The notes below the pieces were generated by a model. It ran no database searches and was not told where the DNA came from. It saw only the letters and a list, made by a program, of their open reading frames with translations. A stretch of DNA of 57,118 nt from a virus, in IMG/VR virus record IMGVR_UViG_2049941001_000001, positions 1 to 57,118 of that record; one strand, written 5' to 3'. Below are positions 42,792 through 51,513 of this stretch, in pieces. Position 1 is the first letter of the stretch. Each line of letters begins with the position of its first letter. The translations under genes were made by a program, and so were the position numbers.

Positions 42792-43562
42792 ATGTCGAAT
42801 GAAATTCAGGTATTTCAGAATCAGGAGTTCGGGGAGCTTCGCATCGTCGTAAAGGACGGGGAACCGTGGTTCGTGGCGAAAGACGTTTGCGACGCGCTGG
42901 AAATTGAAAACAGTCGTGATGCGGTTGCGCGGTTGGACGCGGACGAACGGAATACCGTAGTTTTAAACGACGGAACTCCCGGCAACCCGAACAGGGCCAT
43001 TGTTTCCGAATCCGGCCTGTACTCCCTTGTCCTCGGCAGTCGCAAGCCGCAGGCACGCGCTTTCAAACGTTGGGTGACGCACGACGTTATCCCTTCCATC
43101 CGCAAGCACGGTCTCTATGCCACTCCCGAAACCGCCGAAAAGATTTTGGGCGATCCCGATTTTCTCATTCAGGCGCTTACCGAGTTGAAGCAGGAACGGG
43201 AACAGCGGCAGAAAGCCGAAGCAAAGATCGAGGCCGACAAGCCGAAGGTCCTCTTTGCAGATTCCGTTGGAAGTTCCCGGCAAGCTATCCTGATCCGCGA
43301 GATGGCGAAGCTCTTGAAGCAAAATGGCGTTGATCTCGGTGAGAAGCGGTTTTTCTCTTGGCTTCGCGCCAACGGCTATCTGATCTCCTGCGGGGACGAT
43401 TACAACCTTCCGACACAATACAGCATGGAGCGTGGCCTTATGATCATCCGGGAGCGTACATATACGGATGACGTTCACACCCGCATCATGCGCACCCCGA
43501 TGATAACCGGCAAGGGCCAGCAGTATTTCATCAGAAAGTTCCTTGCCAAAGAATCGGCCTGA
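42792..43562 (+). CDS. Antirepressor (Bro-N plus ANT/KilAC-type C-terminus), copy 1
   Basis: QVFQNQEFGELRIV..DGEPWFVAKDVCDALE Bro-N pattern. Confidence 0.8.
   Translation: MSNEIQVFQNQEFGELRIVVKDGEPWFVAKDVCDALEIENSRDAVARLDADERNTVVLNDGTPGNPNRAIVSESGLYSLVLGSRKPQARAFKRWVTHDVIPSIRKHGLYATPETAEKILGDPDFLIQALTELKQEREQRQKAEAKIEADKPKVLFADSVGSSRQAILIREMAKLLKQNGVDLGEKRFFSWLRANGYLISCGDDYNLPTQYSMERGLMIIRERTYTDDVHTRIMRTPMITGKGQQYFIRKFLAKESA
43041..43156. repeat. 116-bp perfect direct repeat, copy 1
   Basis: Identical to 56180-56295, base-by-base comparison. Confidence 0.9.
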
Positions 43563-43650
43563 TCTTTCAGGGTTCATCGGTGGCGGCTCTCGAAAGCCCG
43601 GAACCTCACCGCCTTTGGAAGCATGCTCTTTTCTTCCTGAATCTGTAAAT

Positions 43651-43679
43651 AGTATATGACAGAATATACCATTTGTCAA
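43651..43679 (-). promoter_or_regulatory. Minus-strand promoter pointing into the antirepressor 3' end
   Basis: TTGACA-17 nt-TATACT; shares 18 nt with the promoter at 25899-25916. Confidence 0.5.
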
Positions 43680-43904
43680 TAGTAATGTTGACAATTTGCT
43701 AAAGTTTTTGTCGCATTCTTTACTGGCGGCAAAGGAAAGGCGGCGGGATAAAACAATATTCATTCCTATTTACCAGTAATTCCCTCTTGAATTTCCATAT
43801 GTTGGGGACTATTATTGGAAATAGACAGAAAATTAGTGAAAACAGATCGAAAACAATACAATTAACCTAAAATATGACCAACCGAAGAAAGGAAGCGCTA
43901 CATA

Positions 43905-44072
43905 ATGAAATACCAGTCTGTCGTAGAAGCATGGGGCAAGGAATACGAGCGGATTTACAACGAGCCTGCATCTGAAAGTCAGAAACAGCTTTTCGGGGAG
44001 ATTGCCGGGCTGATGGAAACGGCCTACAACGACGGAGTACACGCCGGAGCGTTAAAGGCACAAAGCGTCTGA
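43905..44072 (+). CDS. Hypothetical small protein (55 aa)
   Basis: AAGGAAG RBS; followed by a terminator; below the track cutoff. Confidence 0.5.
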   Translation: MKYQSVVEAWGKEYERIYNEPASESQKQLFGEIAGLMETAYNDGVHAGALKAQSV

Positions 44073-44095
44073 AAGCAACATCTTATCAGCATGGG

Positions 44096-44128
44096 TTGGC
44101 GGGCGAGAGATCGTCCGCCAAACTTTTT
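44096..44128 (+). terminator. Intrinsic terminator
   Basis: 10-bp stem TTGGCGGGCG/CGTCCGCCAA plus CTTTTT. Confidence 0.75.
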
Positions 44129-44162
44129 GGGGGCGAACTCGCGCTATAGGTTGTATTACGCC

Positions 44163-44192
44163 TTGAGAATTAACCCCTAGTGGTGGTAAAAT
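44163..44192 (+). promoter_or_regulatory. Sigma-A-like promoter
   Basis: TTGAGA-18 nt-TAAAAT with TGn. Confidence 0.55.
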
Positions 44193-44226
44193 ATATATAG
44201 AGTATAAGGCACATCTTGTGTTCGTG

Positions 44227-44290
44227 GGGCGCTATCCTTGATCGGGAGAATCCGGTTGCCACCGCAACCGTTGCGCCCTGTTTATTTTTT
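44227..44290 (+). terminator. Leader terminator / 3' end of a possible ~90-nt sRNA upstream of HNH
   Basis: GGGCGC/GCGCCC closing stem, inner 7-bp hairpin CGGTTGC/GCAACCG, then TGTTTATTTTTT. Confidence 0.45.
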
Positions 44291-44365
44291 ATCCACGGTG
44301 GCAGACCGGCATAGAAACTTGCGACGGACAAGGACAACATGCCAGAAAGATACGGTGGTATCAAA

Positions 44366-44734
44366 ATGAATTATAGAGAAAAGTACAAACAGCACTATGG
44401 GATTGAATTTGGGCCGGAATATGAAGTACATCACATTGACCTAAATCATCAAAACGACGATATTAAAAATCTTCTTTTGCTGCCGCGCAGACTTCATCAC
44501 CAATACCATTTTGCTTTAGCAAGAATGCCCATGGAAGATGGCAAATTGAATTTGGATGTGCAAATTCGTGGAACCATAGATTGTGGAAGCGGTGCCGATT
44601 CTTATGTGCTTTATGCACTGAATGACTTTGTGCAAGTGTACACTCAATGCCAAGATTGGAAGGATTATAAGGCATATCTGGATGGGTTCCTTCCGAATAT
44701 TCATAACATCCAGATTGGGGGCGCTGCCAAATGA
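44366..44734 (+). CDS. HNH endonuclease
   Basis: HHIDLNHQNDDIKNLLLLPRRLHHQYH. Confidence 0.75.
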   Translation: MNYREKYKQHYGIEFGPEYEVHHIDLNHQNDDIKNLLLLPRRLHHQYHFALARMPMEDGKLNLDVQIRGTIDCGSGADSYVLYALNDFVQVYTQCQDWKDYKAYLDGFLPNIHNIQIGGAAK

Positions 44735-45561
44735 TTTATCGTGTGGAGCGCAAAGAAAATCCGTTTGTACAGGTGGATAAAGGATTCATCAATGATACGA
44801 ACATCGGCTACAAAGAAAAGGGAATCCTGCTTTACTTTTTAAGCAAGCCAGATGGATGGAAATTTTATGAGGGCGAGATTCAAGCCCACTCACACGACGG
44901 GCTGACTGCGGTAAGAACCGGCATCCAGTCGCTTATCAAGGCGGGATACATCGAACGGCGCATGCTCAAAGGCTCTGGCGGGAAATTTGCCGGATATGAG
45001 TATGTCGTGCACGAGACTTCTGAAAAGTGTAAGGCCGCTGATGAAGAAAAACCGTTTTCGGAAAACCTGAAAACGGATAATCCGAAAATGGAGAACCCGA
45101 TTTCGGAAAACCTCACACTAATAAATAATGAAGATAGTAAGAATGATGGTACTAATAATGAAGTAAGTAAAAAAGCGGACGCGCCCAAAACCGACCCGAA
45201 AGACAAATTTTGCGGTCATACCTTTTCCGAACCGATGCAGGCAGTCCTTACCGATTGGCTTACATACAAGTCCGAACGCAGAGAGGGCTATAAGGCTACC
45301 GGCCTAAAGAGCTTCATGACACAGGCGGAGCACATGGCAGAAAAGTACGAGGAATCTGATATTATTGCCATTATCGGGGAAAGCATGGCAAACAACTGGA
45401 AGGGAATCTGCTGGGATAAGCTAACCGGGAAAGAGAAACCCGCCGAACCTGTTGAGCGTCCTATTCCGCCCGAAATTCTCAGAAACAATCAGCAGCATGA
45501 GGAAATGAGGCGGAGGTTGCACTCCGGACAAGGTGATTGGAAGGAGGCGCTTTCCGAATGA
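44731..45561 (+). CDS. Replication initiator/replisome organizer (winged-helix N-terminus)
   Basis: N-terminal wHTH-like region; internal iteron-like DNA; immediately upstream of DnaB. Confidence 0.55.
   Translation: MIYRVERKENPFVQVDKGFINDTNIGYKEKGILLYFLSKPDGWKFYEGEIQAHSHDGLTAVRTGIQSLIKAGYIERRMLKGSGGKFAGYEYVVHETSEKCKAADEEKPFSENLKTDNPKMENPISENLTLINNEDSKNDGTNNEVSKKADAPKTDPKDKFCGHTFSEPMQAVLTDWLTYKSERREGYKATGLKSFMTQAEHMAEKYEESDIIAIIGESMANNWKGICWDKLTGKEKPAEPVERPIPPEILRNNQQHEEMRRRLHSGQGDWKEALSE
45052..45113. repeat. Iteron-like repeats and paired hairpins (candidate ori)
   Basis: TTCGGAAAACCT at 45057 and 45102; IR CCGTTTTC/GAAAACGG; IR TCCGAAA/TTTCGGA. Confidence 0.4.
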
Positions 45562-46820
45562 TAAAGGGCATTGAGGCGGAAATGTCAGTGCTCGGTTGCA
45601 TGGTTCTGGACGAAGATTGCGCGAAGAAAGCGGTTGACCGGCTCGCCCCCGAAATGTTTTTCCACCCGGGTCTAAAGGAAATCTTTGAAGCCGCTACAAA
45701 TCTCTACTGGGACGGAAAAAAGGTTGAGGCAACTGCCCTGATGGATAAATTGCCGCAACATGCCAAAACGATTCTGAAACTTGCCAACTACGTCCCAACG
45801 TGGAGCGCGTTCGACCAGTACGTTCAGATCGTGATAGATAGATGGAGAATCGAAACCATCAAATCTGCCCTGTTGGAAACGCTCACGCAGGCGGACAACA
45901 AGACCGCGGACGAATCGGTCGACTTTCTACGGGCGCTTATTCAGAAGCAGGACGCGATAGTCAGATTTGACAAGGGAGCTAACGTGCCGTTTTCGGATGC
46001 CGTTCAGCAGTTTACCGAATGGCTGAAATCGAGCGAATCGCAAAACACCGTCAAGACTGGATTTCGGTCACTGGATTATGCTATGGGCGGCTTCCTGCGG
46101 CAATCTGTCACCGCCTTATGCGCCAGATCAGGGCACGGCAAAACAGATTTCGCTCTTAATCTGGCGCTCCGCATGGCGAAAAAGGGATTCAAGGTGCAGT
46201 ATTTCACGCTCGAAATGACCACCAACCAACTCATGCAACGGGTGGCTTCTCAGCTGGCCCACATCGACGGGAATCTGATCCGCGACAAACAACTTACGCC
46301 GGAAGAAGTCTCCGACATTGATCTGCTCCTGAAATCGTTCGAGGGATCAAACAAGGTCAACTTCGTAGATGAATCGAAGGTTTCAACGAAGACCATCCGT
46401 CATTACATTGAGCTTTTCAAGCCGGACGTTATCTTTATAGATCACATCGGCCTTATGGAGCGTCAGAACATCAAGGATCAATACCATGCACTCGGATTGG
46501 TAAGCAATGAATTGAAACAAATCGCAAAAGAGAACAACATTGCGGTTGTAGAGCTTGTTCAGATGAATCGGCAGATCGAGGGCCGGAAGGACAAAACACC
46601 GAATCTTTCTGATATTCGTGAATCTGGCGATATTGAACAAGACGCAGATTATGCCATGTTTGTTCAACCGGAAGATATCACGGATCGTCAGTTGTCCGGC
46701 GATGCGTGGGCAGACGCAACGATCTATCTTTTGAAGAACAGGCACGGCAGGCCGGGAACATTTCAGTTCCATTGGCAACCGCAGTACCATACATTTTTGG
46801 AAATAGAAAATCGACCGTAA
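45558..46820 (+). CDS. dnaB: Replicative DNA helicase
   Basis: DnaB-type N-terminus (AEMSVLGCMVLD), Walker A RSGHGKT; ATGA coupling. Confidence 0.85.
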   Translation: MIKGIEAEMSVLGCMVLDEDCAKKAVDRLAPEMFFHPGLKEIFEAATNLYWDGKKVEATALMDKLPQHAKTILKLANYVPTWSAFDQYVQIVIDRWRIETIKSALLETLTQADNKTADESVDFLRALIQKQDAIVRFDKGANVPFSDAVQQFTEWLKSSESQNTVKTGFRSLDYAMGGFLRQSVTALCARSGHGKTDFALNLALRMAKKGFKVQYFTLEMTTNQLMQRVASQLAHIDGNLIRDKQLTPEEVSDIDLLLKSFEGSNKVNFVDESKVSTKTIRHYIELFKPDVIFIDHIGLMERQNIKDQYHALGLVSNELKQIAKENNIAVVELVQMNRQIEGRKDKTPNLSDIRESGDIEQDADYAMFVQPEDITDRQLSGDAWADATIYLLKNRHGRPGTFQFHWQPQYHTFLEIENRP

Positions 46821-46838
46821 CCAAATAGGCAAAAATAT

Positions 46839-46898
46839 AGAGCGCCTTTCGAGCGCCTAACCTTACGCAAAGCGAAAGGCTGGACGCTCTTTTGCTTT
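46839..46898 (+). terminator. Intrinsic terminator (AGAGCGCC family)
   Basis: AGAGCGCC at 46839, CGAGCGCC at 46850; imperfect 12-bp stem to GGCTGGACGCTC; TTTTGCTTT. Confidence 0.6.
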
Positions 46899-47280
46899 GC
46901 CGCAAAAGGCGGTGAAGAACACGGCTGTACTACAAATAAACGGTACGACAGTAAAGGCCCCAAAAGAAATGACGTGGAGTTTAGAACCTGTATCCGCTCC
47001 CGATTCCGGAAGAACGCTGGACGGGGTTATGCACAACGAGATTGTGGACTTCAAAACCAAACTCGTTTGCAAATGGGGGCCTATGAACGGTGCTGAATCG
47101 TCGGCGCTATTAAAGGCTGTCTATTCAAAGGAAAATTTCTCGGTTACATATTTTGACCCAATGGAAGGATCAATGCAGACTAAAACATTCTACGTTGGCA
47201 GCCGCACAGCTCCAAAACTTGTTGAAACAGCCGATGTGAAGATGGTCGAAAGCGTCGCATTTGACTTTATAGAAGTTTAG
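46897..47280 (+). CDS. Small tail protein (distal-tail-like position)
   Basis: Precedes the large tail-tip gene. Start uncertain: TTG 46897 or GTG 46912. Confidence 0.45.
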   Translation: MPQKAVKNTAVLQINGTTVKAPKEMTWSLEPVSAPDSGRTLDGVMHNEIVDFKTKLVCKWGPMNGAESSALLKAVYSKENFSVTYFDPMEGSMQTKTFYVGSRTAPKLVETADVKMVESVAFDFIEV

Positions 47281-47312
47281 CCCGTTGCGCCACGAAAGGA
47301 GGGAGAGAACCA

Positions 47313-49376
47313 ATGATTCCAACATCAGATACCTACCAAAAGGTTGCTGCGAAAACTCCTTTGTGGCATGGCAAGGCTACGGTTATCCTTGAAAACGGCG
47401 TTGTTCTTCACTTAACCAACTCCAATCTCCTTGATGGCGGGATCGACATTGAGGACAGTGCGTCCAATCAGGGCGAGTTTAACGTAGGCTCCGCAAACGC
47501 CGGACAACTTGTTTTAATCATCGACAACCGAGACGGCGATTTCACAAACTACGATTTTACCGGAGCCACCATTATTCCGTATGTTGGATTGCAATTGCCG
47601 GAACCCGACGAGCTGAATGGCGGCGATTTTGCAGACTATCTTTCCGGTGACACAGCAGACGGTGGTTTGTTTTCTGACTACGCCGCAGGATATGTTGCCG
47701 ATGGCGGGATCTTCTTAGGGACTATCGAATGGATACAGAAAGGTATCTACACCGTCGATAAATCGACCACGAGCGGCAACAGAATTTCGCTCTCTGCTCT
47801 GGACAACATGGCAAAGTTCGATCGCCCATATTCCGAAAGCGCTCTTGTATATCCGGCAACTCTCGGCCAGATTCTTGGTGACGCCTGCGCTCATTGCGGG
47901 GTAGGGCTTTCTACGGCCTCATTCCTCAATAGCAACTACATGGTCGAGAAAAGGCCGGATGATTCGGCAATAACATTCCGCGATATTGTATCGTTTGTGG
48001 CACAACTAGCCGGGTGCTATGCGCACATAAATCGGTTCGGATCATTGGAACTCAAATGGTACGAAATTGATCTGGCCGTTAAAGGCGCGGAGGTTGACCT
48101 CAACGGAGGAACCTTTTCTGACTACGAAGTTGCGGACGAGGCAGATGGCGGCGATTTCATGTACTACAAGCGCCTTATCGTCTTAGAGGGAGGGCTATTT
48201 AAATATCCGGAAGGCAAAGCGGCGCAGATTCAATCGCTTTCCGCATGCTCCTTGCAGACAGACACCGTAAAGATCACCGGAATTCAGATCGTGCCGACAG
48301 ACACGGAACAGACAACCTATTATGCGGGGCGCGACGGCTACATGCTCTCCATCGAAAACAATCCGCTCGCGCAGAATAACATTGACCAGCTTGTATCGAA
48401 TATCGGAAGCAAGCTAATTGGATTTGAGTTCTTGCCGCTCTCCGTATCGTGCCTCGGCAGGCCAGAATGGGAGGCGGGGGACGTTGCGGTCGTTACATAT
48501 AAAGGTTACAAGCATACGGCGATTATCTCTAATCTCCGCTATGTGATTCGGGACTACGAAACCATCACGGCAGATGCGGAAAGTGAGAGCGAACGAAACT
48601 CCAAACGGTATTCCGCCGCCGCGAAAGCAGAAGCCAGTTCTAAGCAGGCCACGGAGCAAGAATTTATCGCCTACGACGTTGCGGTTCGAAATCTTTCCGC
48701 ACTCATGGCAAATGCCCTCGGGTTCTATATGATCTCCGAGAAGCAGGAGGATGGATCGTTCATTGAATACATGTGCGACAAGCCAACGCTGGCGCAAAGC
48801 ACCGTGATTTGGAAACGAACCATTCAGGGATTTGCAATTTCGACGGACGGAGGGCAGACGTGGGGAGCCGGATTCACGGCAGACGGAAACGCCGTTGTAA
48901 AAGTCCTTACGGCGCTCGGAATCAACGCCGACTGGATCAATGCGGGCCATGTTTCGGCAGACCGAATTTCAGGCGGGACGATTGACGCGAGCAATGTCAA
49001 TGTAACCAACCTGAACGCGAGCAACATTACTACCGGGAACTTCAATGCCAATCTCATTACAACGGGTAAAATCCAATCTCACGATGGCGCTGCCTATTTT
49101 GATCTTGATAATAATGAAATTGCCGCCACAAAAATTGTGGATTATTCTGGAAACGATATGGTAAAAATCAGAACAGATGATAATGGAAATCCAATTGTAT
49201 CTATTCCAGGAACCTTAAACGTTGGGAATGTTTCTGCCAACAGTTTAACCGTAATGGGACGAATTTGGGCTTTATCGTCTGGATCAAGCATGCAAGTTGT
49301 TACAGATATTCAAGAGAACTTTGACGGAAGCCTTAGGTGGACTTATGGTACCATTCATTATATTCCACCATCTTAA
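47313..49376 (+). CDS. Tail-tip / minor structural protein (Tal-like)
   Basis: 687 aa; AAAGGAGGGAG RBS; repeated DGG-F-DY segments. Confidence 0.65.
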   Translation: MIPTSDTYQKVAAKTPLWHGKATVILENGVVLHLTNSNLLDGGIDIEDSASNQGEFNVGSANAGQLVLIIDNRDGDFTNYDFTGATIIPYVGLQLPEPDELNGGDFADYLSGDTADGGLFSDYAAGYVADGGIFLGTIEWIQKGIYTVDKSTTSGNRISLSALDNMAKFDRPYSESALVYPATLGQILGDACAHCGVGLSTASFLNSNYMVEKRPDDSAITFRDIVSFVAQLAGCYAHINRFGSLELKWYEIDLAVKGAEVDLNGGTFSDYEVADEADGGDFMYYKRLIVLEGGLFKYPEGKAAQIQSLSACSLQTDTVKITGIQIVPTDTEQTTYYAGRDGYMLSIENNPLAQNNIDQLVSNIGSKLIGFEFLPLSVSCLGRPEWEAGDVAVVTYKGYKHTAIISNLRYVIRDYETITADAESESERNSKRYSAAAKAEASSKQATEQEFIAYDVAVRNLSALMANALGFYMISEKQEDGSFIEYMCDKPTLAQSTVIWKRTIQGFAISTDGGQTWGAGFTADGNAVVKVLTALGINADWINAGHVSADRISGGTIDASNVNVTNLNASNITTGNFNANLITTGKIQSHDGAAYFDLDNNEIAATKIVDYSGNDMVKIRTDDNGNPIVSIPGTLNVGNVSANSLTVMGRIWALSSGSSMQVVTDIQENFDGSLRWTYGTIHYIPPS

Positions 49377-49402
49377 TAATACCTATTTAGGAGGAACGCT
49401 TT

Positions 49403-50155
49403 ATGGCAATTCAAATTAGACGAGGGAATCAAGCAGATTTGCAGGTTGGAAGCCTTTCACAAGGAGAACCATTTGTCTGCCTTGATACGAAAGTTGCGGG
49501 GATTAAGGGAAATGAATCCCCCATTTATCTAGCAACGGGCGATTCTGCGGGGAGAACACCCATTGAGAATATTGACGGCGCGGTCCCAGCAACCCGGACG
49601 ATCGCGGGGCTGGCGCTCTCAGGCAACATCACACTCGCCCAGCTTATTGCGGCGGGGCTGGCGGCTGGGACGGACGGCAAAGCAAACACAGCCGCGCTTG
49701 CGGACAATGCGTCGCAGCTCGGCGGCCACAATGCCGCAGAGTACCCACTGATTTCAAGCGGGACGTGGACGCCTACCATTTTAGGATCAAGTGTAGCGGG
49801 GTCACCGACCTATAATAGCTCACTCAGAAGTGGGAGCTGGCTGAAGGATGGAAAAAGGGTATCATTGTTTGGAGTGATTAGCGTAACAGCTTTCAATGAT
49901 GTTTCCGGCGATATATTGCTTGGGGGTCTTCCGTTTGCGCCCGCCGAAAGGTCCAGCGGCAGCGTCGGGTGGAATAGCGTACCCGAGGCAACCGGAAAGA
50001 TTGCTTTGCAGCTTGTGCCATCCGAAGTGTCAGGGAATATCCATATCCTAAAAGGTAATAACGCTTATCTTACCACAAGTGATGTGACCTCTATTTTGGA
50101 TGGGGTCTCTCTTTTGCTGGCGGCAATCTGCATCGACTATCTGACTAATTCATAA
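49403..50155 (+). CDS. Tail fiber / receptor-binding candidate (Mtd-N/XkdV-like N-terminus)
   Basis: IQIRRGNQADL....L.QGEP pattern. Confidence 0.55.
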   Translation: MAIQIRRGNQADLQVGSLSQGEPFVCLDTKVAGIKGNESPIYLATGDSAGRTPIENIDGAVPATRTIAGLALSGNITLAQLIAAGLAAGTDGKANTAALADNASQLGGHNAAEYPLISSGTWTPTILGSSVAGSPTYNSSLRSGSWLKDGKRVSLFGVISVTAFNDVSGDILLGGLPFAPAERSSGSVGWNSVPEATGKIALQLVPSEVSGNIHILKGNNAYLTTSDVTSILDGVSLLLAAICIDYLTNS

Positions 50156-50165
50156 GGAGGATAAC

Positions 50166-50537
50166 ATGAACATTTATCCCAGTACACTATCAACAATCAG
50201 CGTAACTATCCATGCAGATGATAGCGATAGTGCGGTTTGGATGGGCGAACGTTTTTACACAAACAGCGCCCGGGGCCGTACTCAATTAGAGGCCGAGTGC
50301 TCCGCTGAGATCGTGCAGGCGGTCTATGCGGTATGGGGCGACGCGCCGACCGTGGAGGAGCCTGCACCCACGCCGCAGCCAGAGCAAGGGCCGTCTGAGA
50401 CGGACATCCTAGGCCAGCAGGTCGCGGCCCTGACGCTGGCCGGCGCTGAAAAGGATGCTCTGATCTCTCAGCTCGGCGCGCAGATGGTACAGGCACAGCT
50501 TGACATTGCGGCCCTGAAAGGAGGCGCGGGGGCATGA
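50166..50537 (+). CDS. Hypothetical protein (XkdW-like position)
   Basis: Gene order resembles PBSX xkdV-W-X. Confidence 0.4.
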   Translation: MNIYPSTLSTISVTIHADDSDSAVWMGERFYTNSARGRTQLEAECSAEIVQAVYAVWGDAPTVEEPAPTPQPEQGPSETDILGQQVAALTLAGAEKDALISQLGAQMVQAQLDIAALKGGAGA

Positions 50538-50662
50538 GCTTTTGGCAGATGGCTTATCGTTACGGATGGGCAAGCAAGGATCAGCTTAAGCAGGCGGTCG
50601 GATACAGCCTGATCACCGCCGCCGAGTACCAGCAGATCACCGGGGAGGCATATGCGGAATGA
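50534..50662 (+). CDS. XkdX-like small protein (42 aa)
   Basis: YGWASKDQLKQAV....ITAAEYQQITGE pattern; ATGA coupling at both ends. Confidence 0.55.
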   Translation: MSFWQMAYRYGWASKDQLKQAVGYSLITAAEYQQITGEAYAE

Positions 50663-51513
50663 GTTACACATTGGGCATCGATGTCTCGCATCACAACGGA
50701 GCAATTCGCTGGGATAAACTGAGAGCGACCGGAAAAGTCCAGTTTGCGGTTATTCGTATTTGTCACGGCCTGACGATGGATCGGCAGTTCGCGGCGAACC
50801 TCACGGCGGCGAAGGCAAATCACGTTCCCTATGCATTTTATTGGTACGGGGAGAATGCGACGAAAGCAGGGGCACAGACAGAGGCAAAATTTGCATTGTC
50901 GAAGGTTAAAGGCACAAACCCGCTTTTTGTGGCCTACGATGCGGAATGCGATTCTCTGGCAGCGCTTGGCAAGAACCAGACTACTGACGTTGCATGGACG
51001 GCTTGCGAAGCAATTCAGCGTGCAGGCTATAAGGCTTATATTTACACGAACGAAAATTGGCGGCGCAATGAAATTGATGTGCAATTTCTGAAAAATAAAG
51101 GCGTCGGGTTCTGGTACGCGCGGTACACTGGGCAAGCGCCGCCCACGGCGAGCTACGCAAGCCTGTGTGATATTTGGCAATATTCCTGCACGGGCAAATT
51201 AGCCGGCAATGGTTCGCAGTACATAGACCTTGACGCTCTGTACGACCCAAAACTGATTGCAAAGATCAACAGCACGTCCGCGGGCGCAAATCCTAGTTAC
51301 TGTGACACTACAATGCCGTTTTTTAAGCATGTCGGAGAGTTCTATACGTTCAAAAGTGCCTCTCCCGTTACTTGCGGCACTGGCTCCGTGTTTCAGAAGG
51401 TATCTGAATCCCGTTCTGACGGCTACTATTTGACAAAATTCAAGGCCGTTGGCAGAGGCTCGGCGGGGTTCTACGTGAACGGTGTTCGCAAATGTGTGGG
51501 GACGGTCGTATGA
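50659..51513 (+). CDS. Endolysin, GH25 muramidase with a C-terminal binding domain
   Basis: GIDVSHHNG ... FAVIR ... YWY ... DIWQYS pattern. Confidence 0.8.
   Translation: MSYTLGIDVSHHNGAIRWDKLRATGKVQFAVIRICHGLTMDRQFAANLTAAKANHVPYAFYWYGENATKAGAQTEAKFALSKVKGTNPLFVAYDAECDSLAALGKNQTTDVAWTACEAIQRAGYKAYIYTNENWRRNEIDVQFLKNKGVGFWYARYTGQAPPTASYASLCDIWQYSCTGKLAGNGSQYIDLDALYDPKLIAKINSTSAGANPSYCDTTMPFFKHVGEFYTFKSASPVTCGTGSVFQKVSESRSDGYYLTKFKAVGRGSAGFYVNGVRKCVGTVV

Noticed and set aside
49403-50155. Diversity-generating retroelement targeting the Mtd-N-like tail fiber
   Set aside because: No reverse transcriptase ORF exists anywhere in the window. I could find no template/variable repeat pair near the fiber 3' end.
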